From positions 317-12,666 of the forward strand of contig PKZK01000167.1 of NCBI GenBank assembly GCA_003133025.1: a DNA stretch of 12,350 bases. The letters run 5' to 3'. Origin of the DNA: Vulcanimicrobiota bacterium (GTDB lineage Bacteria > Vulcanimicrobiota > Vulcanimicrobiia > Vulcanimicrobiales > Vulcanimicrobiaceae). The translations under genes were made by a program, and so were the position numbers. Below the pieces are notes generated by a model that had not been told where the DNA came from, did not search any database, and was given only the letters and a program-made list of their open reading frames with translations. How positions within the stretch are numbered: position 1 is the stretch's first letter; every line of letters starts with the position of its first letter. Shown piece after piece: positions 1-7,307 of the stretch.

Positions 1-203
1 ATCTCGCGAATGCGTCCCGCGATCGTTTTGCCGATGCCGGGCAGCGCGGTCAGTTCCTCGAGGGGCATGGCCGCGACGGGCGAGGCATTCTCGATCGTTT
101 CCGCGGCGCGCTCGTAGGCCATGAATTTGAAGAAGGGCTCGCCCGCAAATTCCATGAGCGTCCGAATTTCTTTGAGCTTGCGGGCAATCTCCGCGTTGGT
201 CAA
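1..203 (-). CDS. polX: DNA polymerase X family (PolX/PHP-type) protein, N-terminal 8-kDa/HhH domain; partial, runs off the window start
   Basis: Not in the ORF track. Manual translation from TTG at 203: MTNAEIARKLKEIRTLMEFAGEPFFKFMAYERAAETIENASPVAAMPLEELTALPGIGKTIAGRIRE. This matches the PolX N-terminus pattern (N.EIA..L...GE..FK..AY..AA) plus the HhH motif LPGIGK.IA. GGAG lies 6 nt upstream of the TTG. Confidence 0.85.
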   Translation of the reverse strand, partial: MTNAEIARKLKEIRTLMEFAGEPFFKFMAYERAAETIENASPVAAMPLEELTALPGIGKTIAGRIRE

Positions 204-254
204 CGAACGCTCCACGACAAGGGGGACGGTTCGGCGAATCCAAACGAACGTCCC

Positions 255-854
255 ATGTCGCCGGAATACGGGAGCGTGGTGCTGCGGGTGGTCGCGGCGC
301 GCTTCGTGCGCGAGGGACGCGATCTGGTGGCGCCGTTTTCGTTGGAACTCGGTCCCGGCGAGCGCGCGCGCCTGGTGCAACCCGATGCCGGGAGCGCAAA
401 GGTCGCGGCGCGGCTTTCGGCCGGCATCGTGAAGCCCACCTTCGGTGCGGTGACGATCGGCGATTTCGATAGCCGCCTGCAGCCGGCGCAGGCGAAGCGC
501 TTGGTCGGCTTCGTGCCGCACGGCGGCTTCAGCGGCAGCGAACGCGAGTTCGCGCGCGAGATCGGCTTCCGCGCCGACGTGTGGAACGTCGACCCGGCCG
601 CGATGGCGCGCGCGGCCGCCGAGATCTTGGCCGCCCTGCGCTGCGTGGCGCTGTGCGCGGCGGGCGATGCGTACGCGCGCGGCGTGGCGCTCGCGCTCTC
701 GCCCGGCGTGCGGCTCGCCGTGCTCGAACTGCCGCCCGCGGGCGCGCTCGAAGCGGTCACCGCGCTCCGTCCGCACCTCGCGGCCGTGGCGACGTCGGTC
801 GCGGCCGAGCGTCCCGCCGATAACCCCAGCGTCGTCGCCGAGCGCGCGCCGTGA
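255..854 (+). CDS. Degenerate ABC-transporter ATP-binding-fold protein (probable pseudo-ATPase)
   Basis: The ABC NBD scaffold is recognisable (FSLELGPGE, AGIVKPTFGAVTIG, KRLVGFVP, ALAL..LAVLELP), but Walker A, Q-loop, signature, Walker B and H-loop are all substituted. Alternative GTG starts at 276/279 follow GGAG (271-274). The stop overlaps the next start (GTGA). Confidence 0.7.
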   Translation: MSPEYGSVVLRVVAARFVREGRDLVAPFSLELGPGERARLVQPDAGSAKVAARLSAGIVKPTFGAVTIGDFDSRLQPAQAKRLVGFVPHGGFSGSEREFAREIGFRADVWNVDPAAMARAAAEILAALRCVALCAAGDAYARGVALALSPGVRLAVLELPPAGALEAVTALRPHLAAVATSVAAERPADNPSVVAERAP

Positions 855-1465
855 ACGGAACGCGAGCCACGCTCGCCATCGTGCGCCGCGAGATGGACGC
901 ACGCTGGCTATGGGAACGGGCGGCGGGGTTCGTCGCGGGCCTGGCCGCGGGTTTGGCCTTCGACCGCGGCGCGGGCGTGCGCGGCACGCTCGAAGAGCAC
1001 GCGGCACTGTGCGCGGTCGCGCTGTGGTTTGCGGTGAACGGCACGCTGCGCATCGACGTGCGCGACGGCATGTATTTCTCGGCCCCGCTGTACGGCCGTC
1101 AGTTGGCGCGGGCTCACGCGCTGTCGGCCCTGGCGGGCGCACTCGTGCTGCCCGCGGGCACGCTCATCGCCTGGTCGCTGCGCGACATGCTCGGCGCCGA
1201 ACTCGGACCCGGCGGCTTAGCGTTGCCGTTGCTCTCGGCGGTGGCGCTGAGCGCGATCGTCGCGCTATCGGCCACGCCGCGCACGGGGCCTGCGCGCGCC
1301 TTTTACGCCGTCGCGGCATACGCGATCGGCGCCGCGACGCTCGCACCCTATTTTCTGTCGCTCGGCGACCCGGCGCGGCTCGGCATCGTCCTGGCCCTGG
1401 TCGCGGGCTTTTTCGGCTTGCGCGCGTTCGGCGAAACCCTCGCGCGCTACGATCCGATCGGTTAA
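851..1465 (+). CDS. Integral membrane protein (about 6 TM segments), ABC-2 permease-like
   Basis: Multiple hydrophobic segments. The start 'RATLAIVRREM' resembles ABC-2 permease N-termini, and 'FSAPLYGRQLARA' resembles the coupling-helix region (L..P.....+...A). Translationally coupled to the 255..854 ORF by a GTGA overlap. Confidence 0.7.
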   Translation: MNGTRATLAIVRREMDARWLWERAAGFVAGLAAGLAFDRGAGVRGTLEEHAALCAVALWFAVNGTLRIDVRDGMYFSAPLYGRQLARAHALSALAGALVLPAGTLIAWSLRDMLGAELGPGGLALPLLSAVALSAIVALSATPRTGPARAFYAVAAYAIGAATLAPYFLSLGDPARLGIVLALVAGFFGLRAFGETLARYDPIG

Positions 1466-1468
1466 GCG

Positions 1469-2032
1469 CTAAACCAGTTGACCCAGCGCGGTCGAGAGTT
1501 TCTCGATGATCGCCCGGTTGAAGAGCAGCATGTCGCCCGCGCCGCGAGCGGTGATCCAGTGGCCGTCCTGCACGGTGGGCTGATCGCGATAGAGGCCGCC
1601 GGCGTTGCGCACGTCGTCGGCGATGGCCGGAGCGGCGGTCAGCGTACGGCCGCGCGCGAGCTGCGCGGAGATCAGCACCTGCGCGCCGTGTCCGATCGAG
1701 AACGTGGGCTTCTTGGCCGCGTCGAACTCTTTGACGAAACGCTGCACTTCGCGATTGGTCCGGATGCGGTCGGGCGAATACCCGCCGGGGATCAAGAGCG
1801 CGTCGAAGTCTTCGGCCGTACAGTCGGCCACGAGTTCCTCGGCGGTAGCCGGCGCTGCGTCGTCGAGGCCACGCTTGGCCCGGATCCGCTGCTTCGACTT
1901 TTCGTCGACGCCCACGATCGTGACCACGGCGCCCGCTTCTTCGAGCGCGCGGCGCGGCTCGGTCAGTTCGGCCTCTTCGAATCCGTCGCCGACGAGCGCG
2001 GCGATGCGCTTTCCTTCAATCCCTGCTTGCAT
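1469..2032 (-). CDS. PfpI/DJ-1 (type 1 glutamine amidotransferase-like) family protein lacking the catalytic Cys
   Basis: Motifs KRIAALVGDGFEEAEL..P..AL..AGA, FDALLIPGG.SPD.IR, GRTLT, D..NAGG.Y.D..V.DG.WITAR. The nucleophile elbow reads SIGHG instead of ICHG. Confidence 0.9.
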   Translation of the reverse strand: MQAGIEGKRIAALVGDGFEEAELTEPRRALEEAGAVVTIVGVDEKSKQRIRAKRGLDDAAPATAEELVADCTAEDFDALLIPGGYSPDRIRTNREVQRFVKEFDAAKKPTFSIGHGAQVLISAQLARGRTLTAAPAIADDVRNAGGLYRDQPTVQDGHWITARGAGDMLLFNRAIIEKLSTALGQLV

Positions 2033-2081
2033 GTTCGTAGGCTTCCCGCCGCCCGGCCGAGGCGCCTGGTGGGCGCCTCCG

Positions 2082-2591
2082 TCACAGGACGCCGCCCGTC
2101 TGTTGGACAGCCGCCCGCAGGAGGTAGCTCAGCTCGAGTTCGAGCTTGCCCAGGTGGTCGAGCAACTCGTCGCCGGAGAGCGCCAAGAGGGTGGGATTTC
2201 GCCTGAGCATGTCCCGCTCCGGAACCGCGTGGCGCGGATTTATCTCACGCATATAGATCCGGGCGTCGTGGCGCACGGCTCCATCGGGTAGGAAGTAAAG
2301 CGGGTCGAGGCCGGCCACGTAGGCATACTTCGAGAGGATTTCGGTCTTTTGCAAAAACTCCACGGCCTTGAGCGCCACCGCGTCGGCGAGGCGTGCCAAG
2401 CGAGCGGCCGCTACCCGCTCGTCGCCCGCATAGATCCGCTCCAACTGCTCGCCGCTGAGCCCCGCCTTCTCGGCGAGCTTCGCATCGGCGACGCCGCGCT
2501 CGGCGGCCACGCGCCGCAGGGCCGCGCCGAATTCGGGCCCGCCGGCCGTTCCCGAGGCGCCGTCCCAGGCAGGCTTTGGTCCGCTTTCCAT
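2082..2591 (-). CDS. XRE/Cro-type HTH protein with an uncharacterised C-terminal domain
   Basis: Segment FGAALRRVAAERGVADAKLAEKAGLSGEQLERIYAG...RLARLADAV has the HTH_XRE pattern. The 2906 start in the track overlaps fni. The likely start is ATG 2591 (GGAG just upstream) or ATG 2612. Confidence 0.75.
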   Translation of the reverse strand: MESGPKPAWDGASGTAGGPEFGAALRRVAAERGVADAKLAEKAGLSGEQLERIYAGDERVAAARLARLADAVALKAVEFLQKTEILSKYAYVAGLDPLYFLPDGAVRHDARIYMREINPRHAVPERDMLRRNPTLLALSGDELLDHLGKLELELSYLLRAAVQQTGGVL

Positions 2592-2649
2592 CACGCTCCG
2601 TTTCGTCCGCATAGGAAATGCTCTTCTGCGGAGCGGACTCGGTTCGAGA

Positions 2650-3723
2650 ATGGCTGAGGCATCGCCCGTGCGGACCGCAACCGAGGCTCGCAAGTCGAGG
2701 CATTTGGATATCTGCTTGGAGGACGACGTAGCGTCGACGCTCGATGCCGGCTTCGCCGGCGTGCGTCTGCGCCACGAGGCCGTTCCCGAATGCGCTCTCG
2801 ACGACGTCGACACGTCGACCCTGTTTCTGGGCAAGCGCCTCGCCGCACCCGTGGTCATTTCATCGATGACCGGCGGCACCGAGCGCGCCCGCGCGATCAA
2901 CTTCAACCTGGCCGTCGCGGCCGAACGGGCCGGCGTGGCCTTGGGCTTGGGCAGTCAGCGCGCCGCGCTCGAAGACGTTCGGCTGCTCGCGACCTATCGG
3001 GTGCGCGAGGTCGCACCGCGCGTCGTGCTCTTCGCCAACATCGGCGCGGTGCAATTGAATTACGGCGTGAGCACCGACGACGCGCAACGCGTGGTCGACG
3101 GCATCGGCGCCGACGGCCTCTACCTGCATTTCAACCCGCTGCAAGAAGCCTTGCAACCCAACGGCGAGACGAATTTCCGCGCGCTCTTGCCCAAGATCGG
3201 CCGGCTCTGCCGCGAGCTGTCGGTGCCGGTGATCGCCAAGAGCGTGGGCTCGGGCATCTCCGTGCGCAGCGCCGCGCGTTTGATCGAAGCCGGCGTGACG
3301 GCAATCGACGTGGCCGGCGCGGGCGGCACCTCGTGGGCGCGCGTCGAGGGCCGGCGCGCGGGCGATTCCACGCGCGAGGAGTTAGCCGAAACGTTTGCCG
3401 GTTGGGGCTATCCCACGGCCGAAGCGACGGCCGCGCTGCGGCGCGCCTTCGGCGACCTGCCTCTGATCGCGAGCGGCGGCGTGCGCAGCGGCGTCGACGT
3501 GGCCAAGGCGCTCGCGCTCGGGGCGAACCTGGCCGGCATCGGCCTGCCCTTCCTCGAGCCCGCGACGCGCTCGGCCGAAGCGGTCTCGGAGCGGCTCGAC
3601 CTCGTGCTGAGCGGCTTACGCATCGCGCTCTTCGCGAGCGGCTGCCGCCGGCTCGACGATCTACCCGGCGCGCTCTACGTGCGCGGCTCGGAGCAAATCG
3701 CGACGGTCGAATCGAGGATCTGA
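2650..3723 (+). CDS. fni: Type 2 isopentenyl-diphosphate delta-isomerase (FMN-dependent IDI-2)
   Basis: Motifs RK..H, SSMTGG, GSQR, NIGA, H.NPLQE..QP.G.T.F, DVAGAGGTSW, WG.PT, ASGGVRSG.D.AKA.ALGA. Confidence 0.96.
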   Translation: MAEASPVRTATEARKSRHLDICLEDDVASTLDAGFAGVRLRHEAVPECALDDVDTSTLFLGKRLAAPVVISSMTGGTERARAINFNLAVAAERAGVALGLGSQRAALEDVRLLATYRVREVAPRVVLFANIGAVQLNYGVSTDDAQRVVDGIGADGLYLHFNPLQEALQPNGETNFRALLPKIGRLCRELSVPVIAKSVGSGISVRSAARLIEAGVTAIDVAGAGGTSWARVEGRRAGDSTREELAETFAGWGYPTAEATAALRRAFGDLPLIASGGVRSGVDVAKALALGANLAGIGLPFLEPATRSAEAVSERLDLVLSGLRIALFASGCRRLDDLPGALYVRGSEQIATVESRI

Positions 3724-3992
3724 ACCTCGAAGGCGTCGACGACGGCAAGATCCCCGAGGGTCATCTTGCCGTCGCGCACGTCGAAGCACCACGCGTGCCA
3801 GGGGCAGGTCACGATCGGGCCTTCGATCCAGCCCTCCGCGAGCGGACCGCCTTGGTGCGGACAACTGTTGTCGATCGCATAGAACGCGCCGTCGACATTG
3901 AACAGGGCTATCTCGTAGTCGCCGACGGCGAACGCTTTGGCCGTGCCGGGCGGGATTTGGTCGACCGCGCAGACGGGGACGAATTTGGGCAT
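3675..3992 (-). CDS. Rieske [2Fe-2S] ferredoxin (NirD/dioxygenase-ferredoxin-like)
   Basis: MPKFVPVC...FYAIDNSCPHQGGPLAEG...VTCPWHAWCFDVRDG carries the CxH and CxxH ligands. GGAGG RBS precedes ATG at 3992. 105 aa. Confidence 0.93.
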   Translation of the reverse strand: MPKFVPVCAVDQIPPGTAKAFAVGDYEIALFNVDGAFYAIDNSCPHQGGPLAEGWIEGPIVTCPWHAWCFDVRDGKMTLGDLAVVDAFEVQILDSTVAICSEPRT

Positions 3993-4074
3993 GCGGCCTC
4001 CGGGCTTCGCGGTCGGGGTCGCGACTCCGCGTGCGAACGGTCGCCGGAGCGAGCGCGCCGAAACCAGCCCGACC

Positions 4075-4350
4075 ATGCTTTCCGACTACCGCAACTGGCT
4101 CGAATCCGAGTTGAAGTTGCTCGGCAACGCCAGCCATCACGCCTATTCGTTCGGCCAGGCAAACATGGCCAAACGCGCGATCGAACGCCTCGATAGCGAA
4201 CTCGCGGGCAAGGTCGAGCTCTTGCTCGAGCGCCCGGAGGCGGCCGGCACCCTGGCCGCGCTCGAGGCCCTGGCCGCCGCCGGCGACCTCGCGGAGCCGC
4301 TGGCCGCGCTGCGCCTGCGTTTGGCCGCGGCGCTCGCGCCGCATACTTGA
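4075..4350 (+). CDS. Small hypothetical helical protein (91 aa)
   Basis: MLSDYRNWLESELKLLGNASHHAYSFGQANMAKRAIERLD... Protein-like composition and GC-rich third codon positions; fills the gap between the Rieske gene and tetR. The track start at 3937 overlaps the Rieske gene and is rejected. Confidence 0.65.
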   Translation: MLSDYRNWLESELKLLGNASHHAYSFGQANMAKRAIERLDSELAGKVELLLERPEAAGTLAALEALAAAGDLAEPLAALRLRLAAALAPHT

Positions 4351-4364
4351 AACCGTCGTTTCAA
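4347..4364. promoter_or_regulatory. Palindromic operator, probably for the adjacent TetR
   Basis: Perfect inverted repeat TTGAAAC-cgtc-GTTTCAA overlapping the -35 box. It is AT-rich in a GC-rich background. Confidence 0.7.
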
Positions 4365-4376
4365 TTATGATATAGT
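4347..4376 (+). promoter_or_regulatory. Sigma70-type promoter for tetR-MFS (probably leaderless transcript)
   Basis: TTGAAA (4347-4352), 18-bp spacer ending in TGA (extended -10), then TATAGT (4371-4376). The GTG start at 4382 lies at the expected transcription start and has no RBS. Confidence 0.7.
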
Positions 4377-4381
4377 CGCTC

Positions 4382-4978
4382 GTGTCGCGAACCGTCGACA
4401 AAGAACTGCGCGACGATCTCTTGGAGCGCATCGTGGCTTACGTCTTGGACAACGGCATTTCCGATCTGCAGCTCCGGCCGTTGGCGAAGGCCGTGGGCTC
4501 GAGCCCACGCGGCATGCTCTATCACTTCAGCTCGAAAGAACAACTGATCGTGGCCGTGCTCGAACGCGCGGGCGCGCGGCAGCGCGCGATCTTCGAGACC
4601 CTGCCGAGCGACGCGGAATCGTACGCCGTGACCGTACGCGCCGCATGGCGCATCGTGAGCGCGCCGGAGAATTCCGGCATCTTCCGCCTCTTCTTCGAGG
4701 TGTACGGTCTCTCGCTGCAAGATCCCGAACGCTTTCCGGGTTTCCTCGATCGCGCGATCGAGAATTGGCTCGCGTATCTCGAACTGCCGGCGTTGCGCGA
4801 CGGCTACACGCGCAAGGATGCGCGCGCGATCGCGAGCGTCTTCCTCGCCGGATTCCGGGGCTTCTTACTCGACCTCTGCGCCACGGGCGACCGGAAGCGG
4901 CTCGCGCGCGCCGTCGATCTCTGGGCCGGCACGCTCGACGCACTTCCGCCTGCACGGGAGCTCGGCCGTGGCCGTTGA
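4382..4978 (+). CDS. TetR/AcrR family transcriptional regulator
   Basis: N-terminal HTH pattern NGISDLQLRPLAKAVGSSPRGMLYHFSSKEQLI; helical C-terminal domain with RGFLLDL. Confidence 0.93.
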   Translation: MSRTVDKELRDDLLERIVAYVLDNGISDLQLRPLAKAVGSSPRGMLYHFSSKEQLIVAVLERAGARQRAIFETLPSDAESYAVTVRAAWRIVSAPENSGIFRLFFEVYGLSLQDPERFPGFLDRAIENWLAYLELPALRDGYTRKDARAIASVFLAGFRGFLLDLCATGDRKRLARAVDLWAGTLDALPPARELGRGR

Positions 4979-6245
4979 GACGACCTCGCTCGACGCGGCG
5001 ACGCTCGAACCCGAGTTGCCCCAGCCGGGCAATGCGGCGACGCTCTTCATCTTCATTACCGTCGCGATCGACATGATCGCGTTCGGCATCATGGCTCCGG
5101 TGTTTCCGAAGCTCGTCATCGACTTCGTAGCCGGCGACAACGCGCGCGCGGCCTGGGTGTTCGGCGTCTTCGCCACGAGCTTCTCGCTGATGCAGTTCGT
5201 CTTCTCGCCGATCCTCGGCGTGCTCTCCGACCGCGTGGGGCGCAAGCCGGTGATCGTGCTCTCCACGCTCGGGCTCGGTTTGGATTACGTGGTGATGGCG
5301 CTCGCGCCCAACCTGGCCTGGCTCTTCGCGGGGCGCATCGTTTCGGGCATCACCTCATCGAATCAGACGACTGCGGGCGCGTACATCGCCGACGTCGTTC
5401 CACCCGAGAAGCGCGCCGCCGCCTTCGGCATGATCGGCGCGGCGTTCGGTTTGGGCTTCATCCTCGGGCCGGCGATCGGCGGCGTGCTCGGCGGCATCAG
5501 TCCGCGTCTGCCGTTCTGGTTCGCCGCGGCGATCAGCATCGCGAACGCGCTCTACGGCGCGCTCATCTTGCCGGAGTCGCTGCCCAAAGCGAAGCGCAGA
5601 GACTTTGCGTGGAGCCGCGCGAACCCGGTTGCGGCGCTGCGCCTGCTGCGCTCGCATCATGAACTCTTCGGGCTCTCGACGGTGATGTTCTTGAGCGGAC
5701 TCGCCGGCGTCGTGATGCCGGCGATTTGGGTGCTCTACGTCGACTATCGCTACGGCTGGGACGAACGCACGATCGGCTTTTCGCTGGCCGCCGTGGGCAT
5801 CTGTTCGACGATCATTCAGGCGGCGCTGGTCAAGCCGATCGTGGCGCGCCTGGGCGAACGCAGATCGGTCGTCCTCGGCTTGACCTGCGCGGCCGTGGGC
5901 TTGAGCATCTTTGCCTTCGCGCCGAACTCGGTCGCGTTCTTCCTCGGCATACCGGTCATGATGTTCTGGGGCGTCGCGCCGGGCGCGGCGCAATCGATCA
6001 TGACGCGCCTCGTGAGCGACGGCGAGCAAGGCGAACTGCAGGGCGCCATCGGCAGCATCCGCGGCATCGCGAACTTGATCGGCCCGGGCATCTTCACGCT
6101 GACCTTCTCGCTCTTCATCGGCGTGCTGAAGCCGCTCAACGTTCCCGGCGCTCCGTGGCTCTTGGCCGCGGTACTGCTGCTGGCCGCCATCGCGCTCACG
6201 CTGAAGGTCGCGGGCCGGGATTCGCAGGCGGCCGCGGCCGCCTGA
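4968..6245 (+). CDS. MFS efflux transporter, TetA-like (DHA1, TCR/Tet family)
   Basis: TM1 FIFITVAIDMIAFGI, motif A GVLSDRVGRKPVI, GRIVSGIT, AYIADV, motif C GFILGPAIGG, LPESL, EQGELQG. The GTG at 4968 has GGAG 7 nt upstream and overlaps the tetR end. Confidence 0.92.
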   Translation: MAVETTSLDAATLEPELPQPGNAATLFIFITVAIDMIAFGIMAPVFPKLVIDFVAGDNARAAWVFGVFATSFSLMQFVFSPILGVLSDRVGRKPVIVLSTLGLGLDYVVMALAPNLAWLFAGRIVSGITSSNQTTAGAYIADVVPPEKRAAAFGMIGAAFGLGFILGPAIGGVLGGISPRLPFWFAAAISIANALYGALILPESLPKAKRRDFAWSRANPVAALRLLRSHHELFGLSTVMFLSGLAGVVMPAIWVLYVDYRYGWDERTIGFSLAAVGICSTIIQAALVKPIVARLGERRSVVLGLTCAAVGLSIFAFAPNSVAFFLGIPVMMFWGVAPGAAQSIMTRLVSDGEQGELQGAIGSIRGIANLIGPGIFTLTFSLFIGVLKPLNVPGAPWLLAAVLLLAAIALTLKVAGRDSQAAAAA

Positions 6246-6323
6246 GCCCGGCAGGATAGCCGCGCAGACGTCGAAACGAAGGACACCCGGCCGCCGCACG
6301 TCATTCGAAGGGGTCAAGCGCTC

Positions 6324-7307
6324 GTGTCCGTCCGCCGCTTCTTTGCCGCCGTTGTCGGCGTCGCCGCACTCAGCCTCGCCCCGACCATCGCGCAGCGCGC
6401 GCCGGCAGCGAATTCCGACGCACCCGGAAGCGTGACGATCGCCTACCAGCCCGGGCTCGGCTACGCGAATCTCGTCGTGCTCAAACAGTCGGGCGCGCTC
6501 GAGAAACGATTCCCCGGAACCACGTTCGAGTGGAAGATTCTTGCCAGCGGCGCCGCCATTCGCGACGGCCTGATCGCCGACCAAATCCAGATCGGCGCGA
6601 GCGGCTGCCCGCCGCCGCTCATCGCCTGGGACCACGGCGTCGACATCAAACTGATCGCCGCGCTCGACGAGGCGAACCTCTGGCTCGTCACCCGCGATAG
6701 ACGCGTGCACGACCTCAAAGATTTGAGCCGGAATGCGAAGATCGGCATGCCCGCGCCCGATTCGATCCAGTCGATCGTCTTGCGCAAGGGCGCCAAAGAA
6801 CAAGTCGGCGACGCGCACGCCTTCGATACCGGCATCGTGGCGATCGAACACCCGCTCGGCGTAGCGGCGCTCGCCGGCGGACAGCTCGACGCGCACCTGA
6901 GTTCGCCGCCGTTTCAGCAAGAAGAAGTCGACGGCGGCGGCCACGCGATCCTCAAGAGCTACGACGTCTTCGGGCGCAGCACGTTCAACGTCATCTACAC
7001 GAGCGGTGCGTTCGCCAAAGCGCATCCAGCGTTCGTCAACGGGTTTTATCGCGAACTGCGCGCGGCGACCGACCTCGTCATCAAAAATCCGCAACAGGCC
7101 GCGGACTATCTGGCCAAGGAAGCCGACGGAAAGGTGCCCGCGGCCACGTTCAAGCGCTGGCTGGCGAGCCCCGAACTCACGTTTACCACGGTACCGCACG
7201 GCATCCTGAAGTACGCGCGCTTCATGAACGAGATCGGCTATCTGAGCAAGGTGCCCTCGAGCCTGCGCGAACTCGAACTGCCGACCGTCGCGGGACAGGG
7301 CGACTGA
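6324..7307 (+). CDS. ABC transporter substrate-binding protein, NitT/TauT/SsuA (NMT1-like) family
   Basis: N-terminal signal peptide, IAYQPGLGYA, SGAAIRDGL, PPPLIAWD, KIGMP...SIQ, SSPPFQ. First gene of an SBP-ATPase-permease cluster. Confidence 0.88.
   Translation: MSVRRFFAAVVGVAALSLAPTIAQRAPAANSDAPGSVTIAYQPGLGYANLVVLKQSGALEKRFPGTTFEWKILASGAAIRDGLIADQIQIGASGCPPPLIAWDHGVDIKLIAALDEANLWLVTRDRRVHDLKDLSRNAKIGMPAPDSIQSIVLRKGAKEQVGDAHAFDTGIVAIEHPLGVAALAGGQLDAHLSSPPFQQEEVDGGGHAILKSYDVFGRSTFNVIYTSGAFAKAHPAFVNGFYRELRAATDLVIKNPQQAADYLAKEADGKVPAATFKRWLASPELTFTTVPHGILKYARFMNEIGYLSKVPSSLRELELPTVAGQGD

Noticed and set aside
204..249. Canonical Gram-positive LexA (Cheo) box upstream of polX
   Set aside because: CGAAC and GTTCG half-sites are present but not in the CGAAC-N4-GTTCG arrangement.
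2613..2906. N-terminal extension of the XRE ORF as given in the track
   Set aside because: It overlaps the conserved fni N-terminus on the opposite strand and is low-information sequence.
4968..6245. Calling the MFS a bona fide acquired tet resistance gene
   Set aside because: Family-level similarity only, chromosomal context, no mobile element, and not the divergent tetR/tetA layout.
5355..7199. 614-aa minus-strand ORF and other long overlapping ORFs (2790..4196, 7238..8236, 7924..8871, 8085..9299, 9946..10935, 667..1509)
   Set aside because: Shadow ORFs antisense to or out of frame with well-supported genes. They are Arg/Ala/Gly-rich with no motifs, as expected at this GC content.
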